Part shown: in pieces, positions 19,990 through 34,204 of the stretch
Layout of the letters: each line of letters opens with the position of its first letter
Numbering within the stretch: position 1 is the first letter of the stretch
Source of the DNA: Alphaproteobacteria bacterium
GTDB taxonomy: Bacteria; Pseudomonadota; Alphaproteobacteria; MPNO01
NCBI GenBank assembly: GCA_965248835.1
Contig: CBDFLJ010000002.1
Location: forward strand, 1,248,001-1,312,000
Direction: 5' to 3'
DNA: 64,000 nucleotides
The notes under the pieces: model-generated
Databases searched by the model: none
What the model saw: the letters and a program-made list of their open reading frames with translations, nothing else
What the model was told of the DNA's origin: nothing
Translations under genes and position numbers: made by a program

Positions 19990-21390
19990 CTAGATGTGGA
20001 GGACCCGGCCATAGGCGTCAAGGACCGACTCGTGCATCGCCTCCGAGAGCGTTGGGTGCGGGAAGATCGTCTCCATCAGCTCCGCCTCTGTGGTCTCGAG
20101 AGACTTGGCGATGACGAAGCCCTGGATCAGCTCGGTTACCTCGGCGCCGATCAGATGCGCGCCGAGGAGCGCGCCGGTCACCTCGTCAAAGACCGTCTTG
20201 ATCAGCCCCTGGTCATCGCCCATGGCGATTGCCTTGCCGTTGCCGAGATAGGGAAATCGTCCGATCCGGACCGCGTAGCCGGCCTCGCGCGCCGCCGCCT
20301 CGGTCAGGCCGACGCTGGCGACCTGCGGGCGGCAATAGGTGCAGCCGGGGATGCGCGAGACATCGAGCGGATGGGGATCGAGCCCAGCGATCTTCTCCAC
20401 GCACACGACGCCTTCGTGGCTCGCCTTGTGGGCGAGCCACGGCGGGCCCACCAGATCGCCGATCCCGTAGACGCCGTCTTCGCCGGTGCGCAGCCATTCA
20501 TCGACCACGACATGGCCGCGATCGACGACCACGCTGGAGCCCTCCAGACCGATATCCTCGACATTGCCGGTGATGCCGACGGCGAGGATGGCCCGCTCGA
20601 CGACGATCTCCACCGCGCCCCGAGCGGTCTCAACGGCCGCGCTCACGCCCTTGCCCTTGGGCGTCAGCGCCTTGAGCGTCGCGCCGGTGTGGATGGTCAT
20701 GCCCTGCGTCTCGAAGGCCTTGCGGGCGAAGGCGGAGATCTCCTCGTCCTCTGCCGGCAGGACGCGTTCCAGCACTTCGACCACGGTGACCTCGGCGCCA
20801 AGGTCGCGGTAGAAGCTTGCGAACTCGATGCCGATCGCACCGGAGCCGACGACCAGCAACGAGGCCGGTATCGATGATGGCACCATAGCTTCGCGGTAGG
20901 TCCAGATCCGCTCGCCGTCACGCTCCGGATCCATCCCGGGAAGGAAGCGCGCCCGCGCGCCGGTCGCAAGCACGATATGGGGCGCGAACAGCGTCTCCTG
21001 GCCGTCCCCGGTCGCGACCGTCACCCGGCCCGGCCCGTCGAGCCGGCCGGCCCCATCGAACACCGCGACCCTGTTCTTCCTCAGCAGATGGGCGACACCG
21101 CCGCTGAGCCGTTCGGCGACATCGCGCGAGCGCTTGACGATGCGCGCGAGATCGAAGGTCGCGCCCTTGGCCTCGAAGCCGAAATCGTCGAGATGGGCGA
21201 GCAGGTGGTTGATCTCCGAAGTCCTCAGCAGCGCCTTGGTCGGGATGCAGCCCCAATTGAGGCAGATACCCCCCAGGTTCTCGCGCTCGACCACGGCGGC
21301 AGCCATGCCGAGCTGGGCCGCCCTGATCGCGGCGACATAGCCCCCCGGGCCGCCACCCAGGACGGCGACATCGAAACGGTGCTCGGCCAT
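19990..21390 (-). CDS. lpdA: Dihydrolipoyl dehydrogenase (E3)
   Basis: GGGPGGY, GGICLNWGCIPTK, HPTLSE. Confidence 0.97.
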   Translation of the reverse strand: MAEHRFDVAVLGGGPGGYVAAIRAAQLGMAAAVVERENLGGICLNWGCIPTKALLRTSEINHLLAHLDDFGFEAKGATFDLARIVKRSRDVAERLSGGVAHLLRKNRVAVFDGAGRLDGPGRVTVATGDGQETLFAPHIVLATGARARFLPGMDPERDGERIWTYREAMVPSSIPASLLVVGSGAIGIEFASFYRDLGAEVTVVEVLERVLPAEDEEISAFARKAFETQGMTIHTGATLKALTPKGKGVSAAVETARGAVEIVVERAILAVGITGNVEDIGLEGSSVVVDRGHVVVDEWLRTGEDGVYGIGDLVGPPWLAHKASHEGVVCVEKIAGLDPHPLDVSRIPGCTYCRPQVASVGLTEAAAREAGYAVRIGRFPYLGNGKAIAMGDDQGLIKTVFDEVTGALLGAHLIGAEVTELIQGFVIAKSLETTEAELMETIFPHPTLSEAMHESVLDAYGRVLHI

Positions 21391-21400
21391 CGGGCTCTCC

Positions 21401-22600
21401 TCAGGCCAGCATCGCCGGCGGATATTCGAGGTTGCGCTTGATCGCGCCCAAGAGCTCGGCGCCGATCGCGCCGTCGACCACCCGGTGATCGACCGACAGC
21501 GTGCAAGTCATCACGGTCGCGGGAACGATCCCGCCGCCGCGCACGATCGGGCGCTGCTCGCCCGCGCCGACCGCCAGGATGCAGGCCTGCGGCGGGTTGA
21601 TCACGGCATCGAAATTGCGGATGCCGTACATGCCGAGGTTGGAGATGCTGAACGAGCCGCCCTGGTACGCCTCGGGCGCGAGCTTGCCCTCGCGCGCCCG
21701 CTCGGCCAAGCCCTTCATCTCCTCGGCGATCGCGACCAGCCCCTTGCGGTCGGCATCGCGCACGATCGGGGTGATCAGCCCGTCGGGAACCGCGACCGCG
21801 ACCGAGATATCGACCGCGCCGTGCCGGATCATCGAACCGTCGCCGGCCCAGGAGACGTTGGCCGCCGGCACCTCGCGCAGCGCCAGCGCGCAGGCCCGGA
21901 TAACGAAGTCATTGACCGAGATCTTCGCCGGCGCGGCTCGCCGGTTGATCTCCGCGCGGACTTTCAACAGCTCGTCGATCTCACAATCGACGGTGAGATA
22001 GAAATGCGGGACCGTGGATTTGGACTCCGTTATGCGCTCGGCGATCACCCGGCGCATGGCAGACAGCTTGACGACCTCGTCGGCCGCCGGCACCGCAGCC
22101 CGAGCGGCTTCTGGAACCGGCGCTCTTGCGCCCGCCGCCGCGGCGCCGCCGAGTGCAGCTTCGATATCGGCCTTGACGACCCTGCCATGCGCGCCGGAGC
22201 CGTTGATCGCGGCGATGTCCAGCCCCGCCTGCGCCGCCATCCTGCGGGCCAGCGGCGAGGCGAAGATCCGGTCTTCCTTTCCTGCCGGCGGCGGCGCGGC
22301 GACCGGTGGCGGCGCAGGCGCAGCATCGGGCTTCACCGCGATGTCGGCATCCGCCTCGCCATCGCCCAGCAGCACGCCGATGACGGCGTTGACCGCCACG
22401 CCTTCGGTGCCTTCGGGCACGACGATCCGGCCGAGCACGCCCTCGTCGACGGCCTCGACCTCCATGGTCGCTTTGTCGGTCTCGATCTCGGCGATCACAT
22501 CGCCGGAAGCGACGGGCTGGCCCTCGGCGATCAGCCAGCGCGCGAGGGTGCCCTCGGTCATGGTCGGTGAAAGTGCCGGCATCAGGATGTTGATCGGCAT
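21401..22600 (-). CDS. pdhC: Pyruvate dehydrogenase E2 dihydrolipoamide acetyltransferase
   Basis: Lipoyl domain ETDKATM, E3-binding ASPLARR, catalytic DHRVVDG. Confidence 0.96.
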   Translation of the reverse strand: MPINILMPALSPTMTEGTLARWLIAEGQPVASGDVIAEIETDKATMEVEAVDEGVLGRIVVPEGTEGVAVNAVIGVLLGDGEADADIAVKPDAAPAPPPVAAPPPAGKEDRIFASPLARRMAAQAGLDIAAINGSGAHGRVVKADIEAALGGAAAAGARAPVPEAARAAVPAADEVVKLSAMRRVIAERITESKSTVPHFYLTVDCEIDELLKVRAEINRRAAPAKISVNDFVIRACALALREVPAANVSWAGDGSMIRHGAVDISVAVAVPDGLITPIVRDADRKGLVAIAEEMKGLAERAREGKLAPEAYQGGSFSISNLGMYGIRNFDAVINPPQACILAVGAGEQRPIVRGGGIVPATVMTCTLSVDHRVVDGAIGAELLGAIKRNLEYPPAMLA

Positions 22601-22639
22601 GGCTGCCTCCCTGTATTGGATGGCGTGCGGCGGGCCGGC

Positions 22640-24037
22640 TCAGCGGCGATAGAGGACATCCTTTGCGGCGCGGACGATGTCGTCGGGCTGCGGCAGGGCA
22701 AGCCGCTCCAGATTGGCGGCATAGGGCAAAGGAACATCGGCGGCGCAGACGCGCGCGACCGGCGCATCGAGCCAGTCGAAAGCCTGCTCCATCATGACCG
22801 CGGCAAGCTCCGAGCCGATCCCCGCGACCGGCCAGCCCTCCTCGACCGAGACCAGCCGGTTGGTCTTCTTGACCGAGTCCACCAGGGTCTCGGTATCGAG
22901 CGGACGCAGCGTACGCAGATCGATGACCTCCGCGTCGATCCCCTCGCCGGCCAGCGCTGTGGCGGCCTCGAGCGCATGGCCGACCATGATCGAAAACGCG
23001 GCGATGGTCACATCCGCGCCGGGCCGCGCGATCCGCGCCCGGCCGATCTGCACCAGCACCTCCTCGCTGTCCGGCACATCGAAGGACTGGCCGTAGAGGA
23101 TCTCGTTTTCCAGGAACACCACCGGGTTGGGGTCGCGGATCGCCGATTTGAGCAGCCCCTTGGCATCGGCGGCGTCATAGGGCGCGACGACCTTCAGGCC
23201 GGGGATGTGGGCGTACCAGCTTGCGAAGCACTGCGAATGCTGGGCCGCGACGCGCGACGCGGCGCCGTTGGGACCGCGGAAGACGATCGGCGTGGTCATC
23301 TGGCCGCCGGACATGTAGTGGCTCTTGGCGGCCGAGTTGATGAGCTGGTCCATGGCCTGCATGGCGAAATTGAAGGTCATGAACTCGACCACCGGCTTGA
23401 GCCCGCCGAAGGCCGCGCCGATCCCGAGCCCGGTGAAGCCATGCTCGGTGATCGGCGTGTCGATCACCCGCCGCGCGCCGAACTCTTCCAGCAGCCCCTG
23501 GCTGATCTTGTAGGCGCCTTGATATTCCGCCACCTCCTCGCCCATGAGAAAGACCGTGTCGTCGCGGCGCATCTCCTCGGCGATTGCATCGCGCAGTGCC
23601 TCGCGCACGGTCTGACGGATCACCGGTCCGGCGTAAGGGCTCTCGGCCGGCGCAGGCGCCGACAGCGGGGTCGGCGGTACAGCGGCTTCGACGGCGGGGC
23701 CGGCAACCGCTGCGGTTGCGATTGCCGCGCCCGCTCCGGATCCGTTAGAAGAGCCCGCCGCATCAACCGTCCCGTCGAGCGCGCCGCCGTCTTCTCCCTC
23801 GGCCAGCAGCACCCCGATCACCGCGTTGACCGCCACGCCCTCGGTGCCCTCCGGCACGACAATCCGGCCGAGCACGCCCTCATCGACGGCTTCGACTTCC
23901 ATGGTCGCTTTGTCCGTCTCGATCTCGGCGATCGGCTCGCCCGAGGACACGGCATCGCCTTCCTGTTTGAGCCAGCGCGCCAGATTGCCTTTGGTCATCG
24001 TCGGTGACAGCGCCGGCATGAGGATGTTGATCGGCAT
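22640..24037 (-). CDS. pdhB: Pyruvate dehydrogenase E1 beta with N-terminal lipoyl domain
   Basis: Lipoyl domain, then [27 protein letters not shown]. Confidence 0.97.
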   Translation of the reverse strand: MPINILMPALSPTMTKGNLARWLKQEGDAVSSGEPIAEIETDKATMEVEAVDEGVLGRIVVPEGTEGVAVNAVIGVLLAEGEDGGALDGTVDAAGSSNGSGAGAAIATAAVAGPAVEAAVPPTPLSAPAPAESPYAGPVIRQTVREALRDAIAEEMRRDDTVFLMGEEVAEYQGAYKISQGLLEEFGARRVIDTPITEHGFTGLGIGAAFGGLKPVVEFMTFNFAMQAMDQLINSAAKSHYMSGGQMTTPIVFRGPNGAASRVAAQHSQCFASWYAHIPGLKVVAPYDAADAKGLLKSAIRDPNPVVFLENEILYGQSFDVPDSEEVLVQIGRARIARPGADVTIAAFSIMVGHALEAATALAGEGIDAEVIDLRTLRPLDTETLVDSVKKTNRLVSVEEGWPVAGIGSELAAVMMEQAFDWLDAPVARVCAADVPLPYAANLERLALPQPDDIVRAAKDVLYRR

Positions 24038-24064
24038 AACCGGTTCTCCGGACGCGGACGACGC

Positions 24065-25168
24065 TCAGACGGCGACGAGGACGTCGCTATAGAGCTCCGC
24101 GGCATCGGGCTCCGGGCTGTTCTGGGCGAACTCAGCGGCCTTGGCGACGACCGCACGGACCTCCTTGTCGATCTCCTTGAGCTTCGCGTCGTCGGCGGCG
24201 CCGAGCGCGATCAGGCGCGACCGTACGCTGTCGATCGGGTCGTGCTCGGCGCGCATCTCCGAGACCTCTTCGCGGGTCCGGTACTTCGCCGGATCGGACA
24301 TCGAATGACCACGATAGCGGTAGGTCAGCGCCTCGAGCAGGTAAGGCCCCTGCCCTGCGCGGCAGGTCCGGATCGCCGCCGCGCCGGCCTCCTTGACCGC
24401 CAGCACATCCATGCCGTCGACCTGGGCAGCGGGGATGCCGTATGGCTCGGCGATCCGGTAGAGACCCTGAAGCGCCGAGGCGCGTTCGACCGAGGTGCCC
24501 ATGCCGTAGCGGTTGTTCTCGATGACGAACACCGCCGGCAGCGACCACAGGGCAGCGAGGTTGAAGGCCTCGTGCACCTGGCCCTGATTGACAGCGCCAT
24601 CGCCCATATAGACCAGCGTCACGCCGCCGTCGCCGCGATATTTCTGGGCGAACGCGAGCCCGGCGCCGATCGGTACCTGGGCACCGACGATGCCGTGGCC
24701 GCCGAAGAAGTTCCTCTCGCGGCTGAACATGTGCATCGAGCCGCCCTTGCCTTTCGAATAGCCGCTGCGCCGGCCGGTCAGCTCGGCCATCACGCCCTTG
24801 GCATCCATGCCGCAAGCCAGCATGTGGCCGTGATCGCGATAGCTGGTGACCACGGCATCCTTCGCCTCCAGAGATGCCTGCATGCCGATCACCACCGCTT
24901 CCTGGCCGATATAGAGATGGCAGAAGCCGCCGATCAGCCCCATGCCGTAGAGCTGGCCGGCCCGCTCCTCGAAGCGGCGGATGAGGAGCATCTGGCGGAA
25001 GATGGCGAGAAGTTCCTCGGTATCAACGTCGGTCGCGGTGTCAGAGGCAGTGCCGGCGCCGTTGTCGGCGCGGGCATCGGACTTGGCGGCCCTGCGTTTC
25101 GGTCCCGCCTCGGAAAGGGTCGCCTGCGGGCTTTGGCGGGAGCCGGATTTTTTCTGGGTGGCGGCCAT
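24065..25168 (-). CDS. pdhA: Pyruvate dehydrogenase E1 alpha
   Basis: GFCHLYIGQEA, GKGGSMH, GDGAVNQG, YRGHSMSDP. Confidence 0.97.
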   Translation of the reverse strand: MAATQKKSGSRQSPQATLSEAGPKRRAAKSDARADNGAGTASDTATDVDTEELLAIFRQMLLIRRFEERAGQLYGMGLIGGFCHLYIGQEAVVIGMQASLEAKDAVVTSYRDHGHMLACGMDAKGVMAELTGRRSGYSKGKGGSMHMFSRERNFFGGHGIVGAQVPIGAGLAFAQKYRGDGGVTLVYMGDGAVNQGQVHEAFNLAALWSLPAVFVIENNRYGMGTSVERASALQGLYRIAEPYGIPAAQVDGMDVLAVKEAGAAAIRTCRAGQGPYLLEALTYRYRGHSMSDPAKYRTREEVSEMRAEHDPIDSVRSRLIALGAADDAKLKEIDKEVRAVVAKAAEFAQNSPEPDAAELYSDVLVAV

Positions 25169-25362
25169 CGGTGGTCCCCATGGTTGCCGACGGGTGAGGC
25201 GTCGGAAACCGTCCGTCCAGAAGGTCGGGTAGCACGTGAAAAGTCAAGGCTACCGAAGGGTTAGAGGATATAAACCAGGCCGGATCGGGCGCAACCACCA
25301 GATGGGTAAGTTTGTGTCGTTTTGGCCCGTCTGTTCGACACGAATTTTCACAATCCGGCGGT

Positions 25363-25737
25363 TCAGCGCGAAAATCCCGGCGGCCCACCGACCATCGTCC
25401 GTGGCCCGCGCGCATCCCCCGGTGCCAGAACGCCGGTCAGCAGGAAATCGCCCGAACCGACGAAACCGGTCATCAGACGCGCTCGCTCGTCGAGATAGTC
25501 CGGGTCGAGACGGTGGCTGCGCAATGCCCCGACGCGGGCATCGAGGTGCACCCGACGCGCGCGCGCCGCCTGGAGCGTCTGCTCCGCCCGGACGATATCG
25601 CCGCGCATTTCGATGATGCGCAGCACGCCGCGATCGCCATGGAAGGCGTTGAGCCCGAAATAGACGATCAGGGCTGCGCCCAGCATCGGGCCGCCGACGG
25701 CACGAACCGTCCGGCGCATGTCGTATGCCAACGCCAT
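25363..25737 (-). CDS. Septum formation initiator (FtsB/DivIC family)
   Basis: Single TM, HGDRG, coiled coil, LDPDYLDERAR; between eno and pdhA. Confidence 0.85.
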   Translation of the reverse strand: MALAYDMRRTVRAVGGPMLGAALIVYFGLNAFHGDRGVLRIIEMRGDIVRAEQTLQAARARRVHLDARVGALRSHRLDPDYLDERARLMTGFVGSGDFLLTGVLAPGDARGPRTMVGGPPGFSR

Positions 25738-25799
25738 GGCCGGAGCGAATCACACCCCGATTCGCCGTGTCAAGCGACAAATTTCCGCCGTGGCGGATG

Positions 25800-27936
<2,137 letters not shown>

Positions 27937-27940
27937 AGCG

Positions 27941-29581
<1,641 letters not shown>

Positions 29582-29668
29582 CTACCACGTCACGCGCCCG
29601 GCGCCACCACGGAAGGCCGGCGAAACCGTATCTTGATTCGCCCAAATGCAACGTGGCGTGGCGGTGCG

Positions 29669-29992
29669 TTAGCGTGCCAGCGGGACCGTCGGCACCTCCG
29701 GCGCCGCGGGCGGCTGGACCGGCGCCTGCTGCTGGACCGGCTGATCCATGATCGAGCGCTGCGGCTGGGTCGAGCCGGACAGGATGGCGAGCAGGATGCT
29801 GGTCGCCATGAAACAGGCAGCAAGGGCTGCGGTCACCCGGGTCAGCAGGTTGGCCGAGCCCCTTGTGGTCATCAGCCCGCCCATCGTTCCGCCGCCCATC
29901 CCGAGCCCGCCGCCCTCGCTGCGCTGCAGCAACACCACGCCGACCAGGGTGACGGCGATGAACAGATGGATCATCAGGAGGACTGCGATCAT
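29669..29992 (-). CDS. secG: Preprotein translocase subunit SecG
   Basis: VLLQRSEGGGLG, ANLLTRVT; tpiA-secG-pyrG order. Confidence 0.93.
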   Translation of the reverse strand: MIAVLLMIHLFIAVTLVGVVLLQRSEGGGLGMGGGTMGGLMTTRGSANLLTRVTAALAACFMATSILLAILSGSTQPQRSIMDQPVQQQAPVQPPAAPEVPTVPLAR

Positions 29993-30085
29993 GCCGGTTC
30001 GGTTACCAGAGAAGTGGCATCGACGTGCTTAAGGACGCGCCGGACTGCCAATGCGGCCAGATTTAGTGCCATTGGCGCACAAATG

Positions 30086-30847
30086 CTAGCGGCTTGAGCG
30101 GCAGATCGCCCAGAAATCGTCGGCATCCAGGCTTGCGCCGCCGACCAGGGCGCCATCGACATCGGCTACCGCTAGGATCGCTGCGGCATTGTCCGGTTTG
30201 ACCGAACCGCCGTAGAGGATCCGCACCGCATCCCCGTCGTCGAGCTGTTGGCGGAGCACCGCGCGGATCCGCTGATGGATATCCGCGATATCCTCCGTGG
30301 TCGGTGTTCGGCCGGTACCGATCGCCCAGACCGGCTCGTAGGCGATCACGGTATTGGCTGCGCCGGCACTGCCGGCCAGCGAGGCCTGGAGCTGTCCGGT
30401 CACGATCTCGGCGGCGCGGCCGGCGTTGCGCTCGGCCAGCGTCTCGCCGATGCAGACGATCGCGCTCAACCCCGCGCCGATCGCGGCCTCGGCCTTGGCC
30501 TTGACCAGCAAATCAGTCTCGCCGTGATCGCTGCGGCGCTCGGAATGGCCGACGATCACATAGGCGCAGCCGACATCGCGCAGCATGGAAGCCGCGATGT
30601 CGCCGGTATGGGTGCCCGAGGCGGCGACATGGCAGTCCTGCGCGCCGAGTCCGATGTCCGCCGTGCCCGAGAGCGCATCCGCGGCATCGACCAGATAGGG
30701 TGCTGGCGGGCAGATCACGATCTCGCAGCCCGGTTTGCCGCCGCGGTCCAGCCGTTCCGCGAGACCGCCGATCAGCGTCCGCGTCGTGGCCCGCGCGCCG
30801 TTCATCTTCCAATTCCCTGCCACCAGGGGACGGCGAGTCTCGTTCAT
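30086..30847 (-). CDS. tpiA: Triose-phosphate isomerase
   Basis: AGNWKMNG, GHSERR, AYEPVWAIGTG, YGGSV, LVGGASL; start trimmed to MNETRR. Confidence 0.97.
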   Translation of the reverse strand: MNETRRPLVAGNWKMNGARATTRTLIGGLAERLDRGGKPGCEIVICPPAPYLVDAADALSGTADIGLGAQDCHVAASGTHTGDIAASMLRDVGCAYVIVGHSERRSDHGETDLLVKAKAEAAIGAGLSAIVCIGETLAERNAGRAAEIVTGQLQASLAGSAGAANTVIAYEPVWAIGTGRTPTTEDIADIHQRIRAVLRQQLDDGDAVRILYGGSVKPDNAAAILAVADVDGALVGGASLDADDFWAICRSSR

Positions 30848-31003
30848 GCGCGGGAATGACCTTTTGCCAGGATGGCGCCGGGCGGGAGTTCTATCACAGC
30901 CTGGCCGGATGAGCCATCGGACCGGCTGTGCCGAAGTTGGTTGCGGTGCCCACCCAGGCACCATACATACGGGCGGCGAGACCGCGCCCGGAAGGACCCC
31001 GAC

Positions 31004-32908
31004 ATGCTTCAGGCGATGAAAACCCAGGCTGCGAAATGGGTCATCCGCCTGCTCGCGGTGCTGCTGATCATCAGCTTCGCCGCCTGGGGCATCGGCGACA
31101 TGTTTACCGGGCGGGGTCTGCCGACCGACGTCGCCGAGGTCGGCGAGACCAAGATCACCGCCCAGGCGTTCAACCGATCCTTCCGCAACCAGGTCGAGCG
31201 GCTGCGCAGGCTGCTTGGACCCGAGCTCGATTCCGACCAGGCCCGCCAGTTCGGCTTCGTCGAGAGCACGCTCAACGGGCTGATCGCGCGCCGGCTGCTC
31301 GAGCTCTACGCCAAGGAGAACGGTATTCTGGTCGGCGACGACCAAGTCCGCCAGCGCATCCATGCCGAGCCCGGCTTTCAAGGACCGGCCGGAACCTTCG
31401 ACAGGCTTGCGTTCCAGGACGCGCTTTACCGGCGCGGAATGACCGAGCAGGCCTATGTCGAGGAACTGCGCGGCGAGATCAGGCTCGGCCATCTCACCGA
31501 CGTGATCCAGCAGGCGAGCACGCCACCTGACGCGCTGGCCGAGTTCGTCTACCGCTACCGCAACGACAGGCGCATCGCGCGTTATGTGATCGTCCCCCGT
31601 CCGGCACCCGGGACGATCGGTACGCCGAGCGACAGCGAGCTGAGCGAATTCCACCGCATCCAGGCGATCCGCTTCACCGCCCCGGAACGGCGTGCACTCA
31701 CCGCCATCCATCTCGACCCGGAAGTCATCGCCGCCGAGATCCAGCCGCCGGAGGACGAGTTGAGGGCGGAATACGAGGCGCGCCTTTCCACGCTCTCGGT
31801 CCCCGAGCGCCGCAAGATCAGCCAGATCGTTTTAAGCGAAGAGGCCAAGGCGAGGCGGGCCGTCGAAGCGCTACGGGCCGGAAGACCGATCGGCGAGGTC
31901 GCCAGGTCGATCGCGGGCATGGACGCAGCCGCGACCGATCTGGGGCTGCTGACCCGCGAGGATTTGCCCGGCGACCTCGCCGAAGCCGCCTTTGCGCTGC
32001 CCCGGAAGACGCCCAGCCCGCCGGTCAAGTCGCCGCTGGGCTGGCATGTGCTGGTGGTCGACGAGATCAAGCCCGGACGGCAGCCCGGCTTCGCCGAGGT
32101 CAGGTCGAAGCTGCAGGCCGATCTCGCCCGCGAGCAGGCGATCGATGTGCTGGTCAAGCTCGCCAACCAGCTCGAGGATTCGCTGGCCGGCGGCGCGACC
32201 CTCGAGGAGGCCGCGGCCCAGCTCGACACCAGGCTGGTGCGCCTGCGTGGGGTCGAGGCCTCGAGCAGGACCGCGACCGGCCCCGAGGGGGAGAAACTGC
32301 TGAAGAGCCAGCGGTTCCTCAGGGTGGCCTTCGAGACCGGCGAGGCTCAGCTAAGCGACCTGACGGAGACGTCGCAGGGGGGGCATTTCATCCTGCGGGT
32401 TGACCGGGTCGATCCACCGGCGCTGGAGCCGTTCGACAAGGTGCGCAAGGACGTCGAGACGGCCTGGCGCAACGACAAGCTCGCCAACGCTGCCAGCGAA
32501 CGGGCGAAGAAGTTGCTGGAGGAGGTCCGTGCGGGCCGCACCCTGGAGGATGTGGCGGCGGACGCTCGGCTTACCGTGGCGGTGACACCGGCGTTTACCC
32601 GCTACGATCAGGGCGAGAACCCGGCGCTGCCCAGCGCGCTCGCCACCGAACTGTTCGGCGCGAAGCTCGGCGAGGCGATGGGCGGGCCGACCGGAGATGG
32701 CTATGCGATCGCCGTCCTCCACAAGATCGAGCCGGCCACGGCCAAAGCAGGAGACCCGGCCTTCGACAGCCTGGGGGCGGAACTCAGAAACGCCATTGCC
32801 GCCGACCTGCTGGATCAGTACACGCGCTCGCTGCGCCGGATCTATGCGGTAAGCGTCGATTCGGCCGCGCTCGACCGGCTGTTCGACGGCGGAATCATCA
32901 CCCGCTGA
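31004..32908 (+). CDS. ppiD: Periplasmic chaperone/peptidylprolyl isomerase PpiD (SurA N-terminal domain)
   Basis: N-terminal TM LLIISFAAWGIGD, parvulin-like PVKSPLGWHV; divergent from tpiA. Confidence 0.87.
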   Translation: MLQAMKTQAAKWVIRLLAVLLIISFAAWGIGDMFTGRGLPTDVAEVGETKITAQAFNRSFRNQVERLRRLLGPELDSDQARQFGFVESTLNGLIARRLLELYAKENGILVGDDQVRQRIHAEPGFQGPAGTFDRLAFQDALYRRGMTEQAYVEELRGEIRLGHLTDVIQQASTPPDALAEFVYRYRNDRRIARYVIVPRPAPGTIGTPSDSELSEFHRIQAIRFTAPERRALTAIHLDPEVIAAEIQPPEDELRAEYEARLSTLSVPERRKISQIVLSEEAKARRAVEALRAGRPIGEVARSIAGMDAAATDLGLLTREDLPGDLAEAAFALPRKTPSPPVKSPLGWHVLVVDEIKPGRQPGFAEVRSKLQADLAREQAIDVLVKLANQLEDSLAGGATLEEAAAQLDTRLVRLRGVEASSRTATGPEGEKLLKSQRFLRVAFETGEAQLSDLTETSQGGHFILRVDRVDPPALEPFDKVRKDVETAWRNDKLANAASERAKKLLEEVRAGRTLEDVAADARLTVAVTPAFTRYDQGENPALPSALATELFGAKLGEAMGGPTGDGYAIAVLHKIEPATAKAGDPAFDSLGAELRNAIAADLLDQYTRSLRRIYAVSVDSAALDRLFDGGIITR

Positions 32909-33136
32909 GTGGCCGGGGCACCGCAAAACCCGGGCCGGACCTGTGCCCCATAGGGCGAACGCTGATCATCCCGGGTTGCTTAAAGCCGATTTGCCAAGCC
33001 AGCATCGGCAGGCCGGCTGCGATCGGCTATGATGGCCGGAGCTTAGCTGCTATAAGGAGGTGAAAAGGCTGATATTTTACATTATAAATTTCTGTCAATT
33101 AATTGTTATTTTTCCATATTTCAAAATCAGAATGAC

Positions 33137-34204
33137 ATGAGCAGGGATTTCGACACCTTCAAGGAAGTCCTCGGCCGGGTGGCCGACGGCGCGCGGCTGG
33201 ACGAGTCCGAGGCCGAGGGCGCGTTCGACACGATCATGTCCGGCAATGCGACTCCGGCGCAGATCGGCGCTTTTCTGATGGCGCTCCGGCTGCGCGGCGA
33301 GACGGTCGACGAGATCACCGGGGCTGCACGGATCATGCGCGCCAAGGCGGCACGGATCACCGCACCCAAGGGCGCGATCGATGTCGTCGGTACCGGCGGC
33401 GACGGGGCGGGCACGCTCAACATCTCCACGGCCGCGGCGCTGGTCGTCGCCGGCTGCGGCGTGCCGGTGGCCAAGCACGGCAACCGGGCGCTGTCCTCGC
33501 GCTCCGGCGCGGCCGACGTGTTGACCGCGCTGGGCGTCAACATCGATGCCGATTTCAGCCAGATCGAGCGCTGCATCAGAGAAGCCAAGGTCGGCTTCAT
33601 GATGGCGCCGCGCCACCACAGCGCCACGCGCCACGTTGCCGGCCCACGGGTCGAACTGGCCGTACGCACGATCTTCAACGTGCTTGGCCCGCTGTCGAAC
33701 CCCGCCTTCGTCGATCGGCTGCTGGTCGGTGTCTATGACGGCGCATGGGTCGAGCCGCTGGCCGAGGTGCTGGGCCGCCTGGGCTCGGAGCGTGCGTGGG
33801 TGGTCCACGGCGCCGGCGGGCTCGACGAATTGACCTCGGTTGGCCAGACCCAGATCGCCGAGTGGGCCGATGGCAGCGTCCGGCAGTTCGTGCTTACCGC
33901 CGCCGATGCGGGCCTGGGCGAGGGCAGGCTCGAAGAGCTGAAGGGCGGCGACGGCGCATACAACGCCGAGCAGCTAACCGCGCTGCTCGACGGCGCGCCC
34001 GGCACATACCGCGACACGGTGCTGATGACGGCAGGCGGCGCGCTCGTCGTCGCAGGCCTCACCACAGACTTCCGCGACGGCGTCGACCGGGCCGCGCGAT
34101 CGATCGATCAAGGCGAGGCCGGCACATGCCTCGCGCGCCTGGTCGAGATCTCCAACGAAGTCCCCGAGCCGCCGCCGGAAGCATCCGCGGAAGGCGGCCG
34201 ATGA
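33137..34204 (+). CDS. trpD: Anthranilate phosphoribosyltransferase
   Basis: DVVGTGGDG, NISTA, KHGNR, RTIFNVLGPL, GLDE. Confidence 0.97.
   Translation: MSRDFDTFKEVLGRVADGARLDESEAEGAFDTIMSGNATPAQIGAFLMALRLRGETVDEITGAARIMRAKAARITAPKGAIDVVGTGGDGAGTLNISTAAALVVAGCGVPVAKHGNRALSSRSGAADVLTALGVNIDADFSQIERCIREAKVGFMMAPRHHSATRHVAGPRVELAVRTIFNVLGPLSNPAFVDRLLVGVYDGAWVEPLAEVLGRLGSERAWVVHGAGGLDELTSVGQTQIAEWADGSVRQFVLTAADAGLGEGRLEELKGGDGAYNAEQLTALLDGAPGTYRDTVLMTAGGALVVAGLTTDFRDGVDRAARSIDQGEAGTCLARLVEISNEVPEPPPEASAEGGR

Noticed and set aside
22370-24037. Near-identical ~230-nt 5' segments of pdhB and pdhC
   Set aside because: Shared lipoyl domain; E1-beta with a lipoyl domain is an established alphaproteobacterial arrangement.
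25311-25345. Imperfect inverted repeat between the ftsB-like gene and pdhA
   Set aside because: Large loop and no clear U-tract on the coding strand; function cannot be assigned.
30848-31711. Apparent 541-aa TpiA with a long N-terminal extension
   Set aside because: The extension is antisense to ppiD; the real start is MNETRR at 30847.
32909-33050. Possible trpE/trpG relic or trp attenuator upstream of trpD
   Set aside because: No convincing homology by eye, no Trp-rich leader peptide, no terminator/antiterminator pair.
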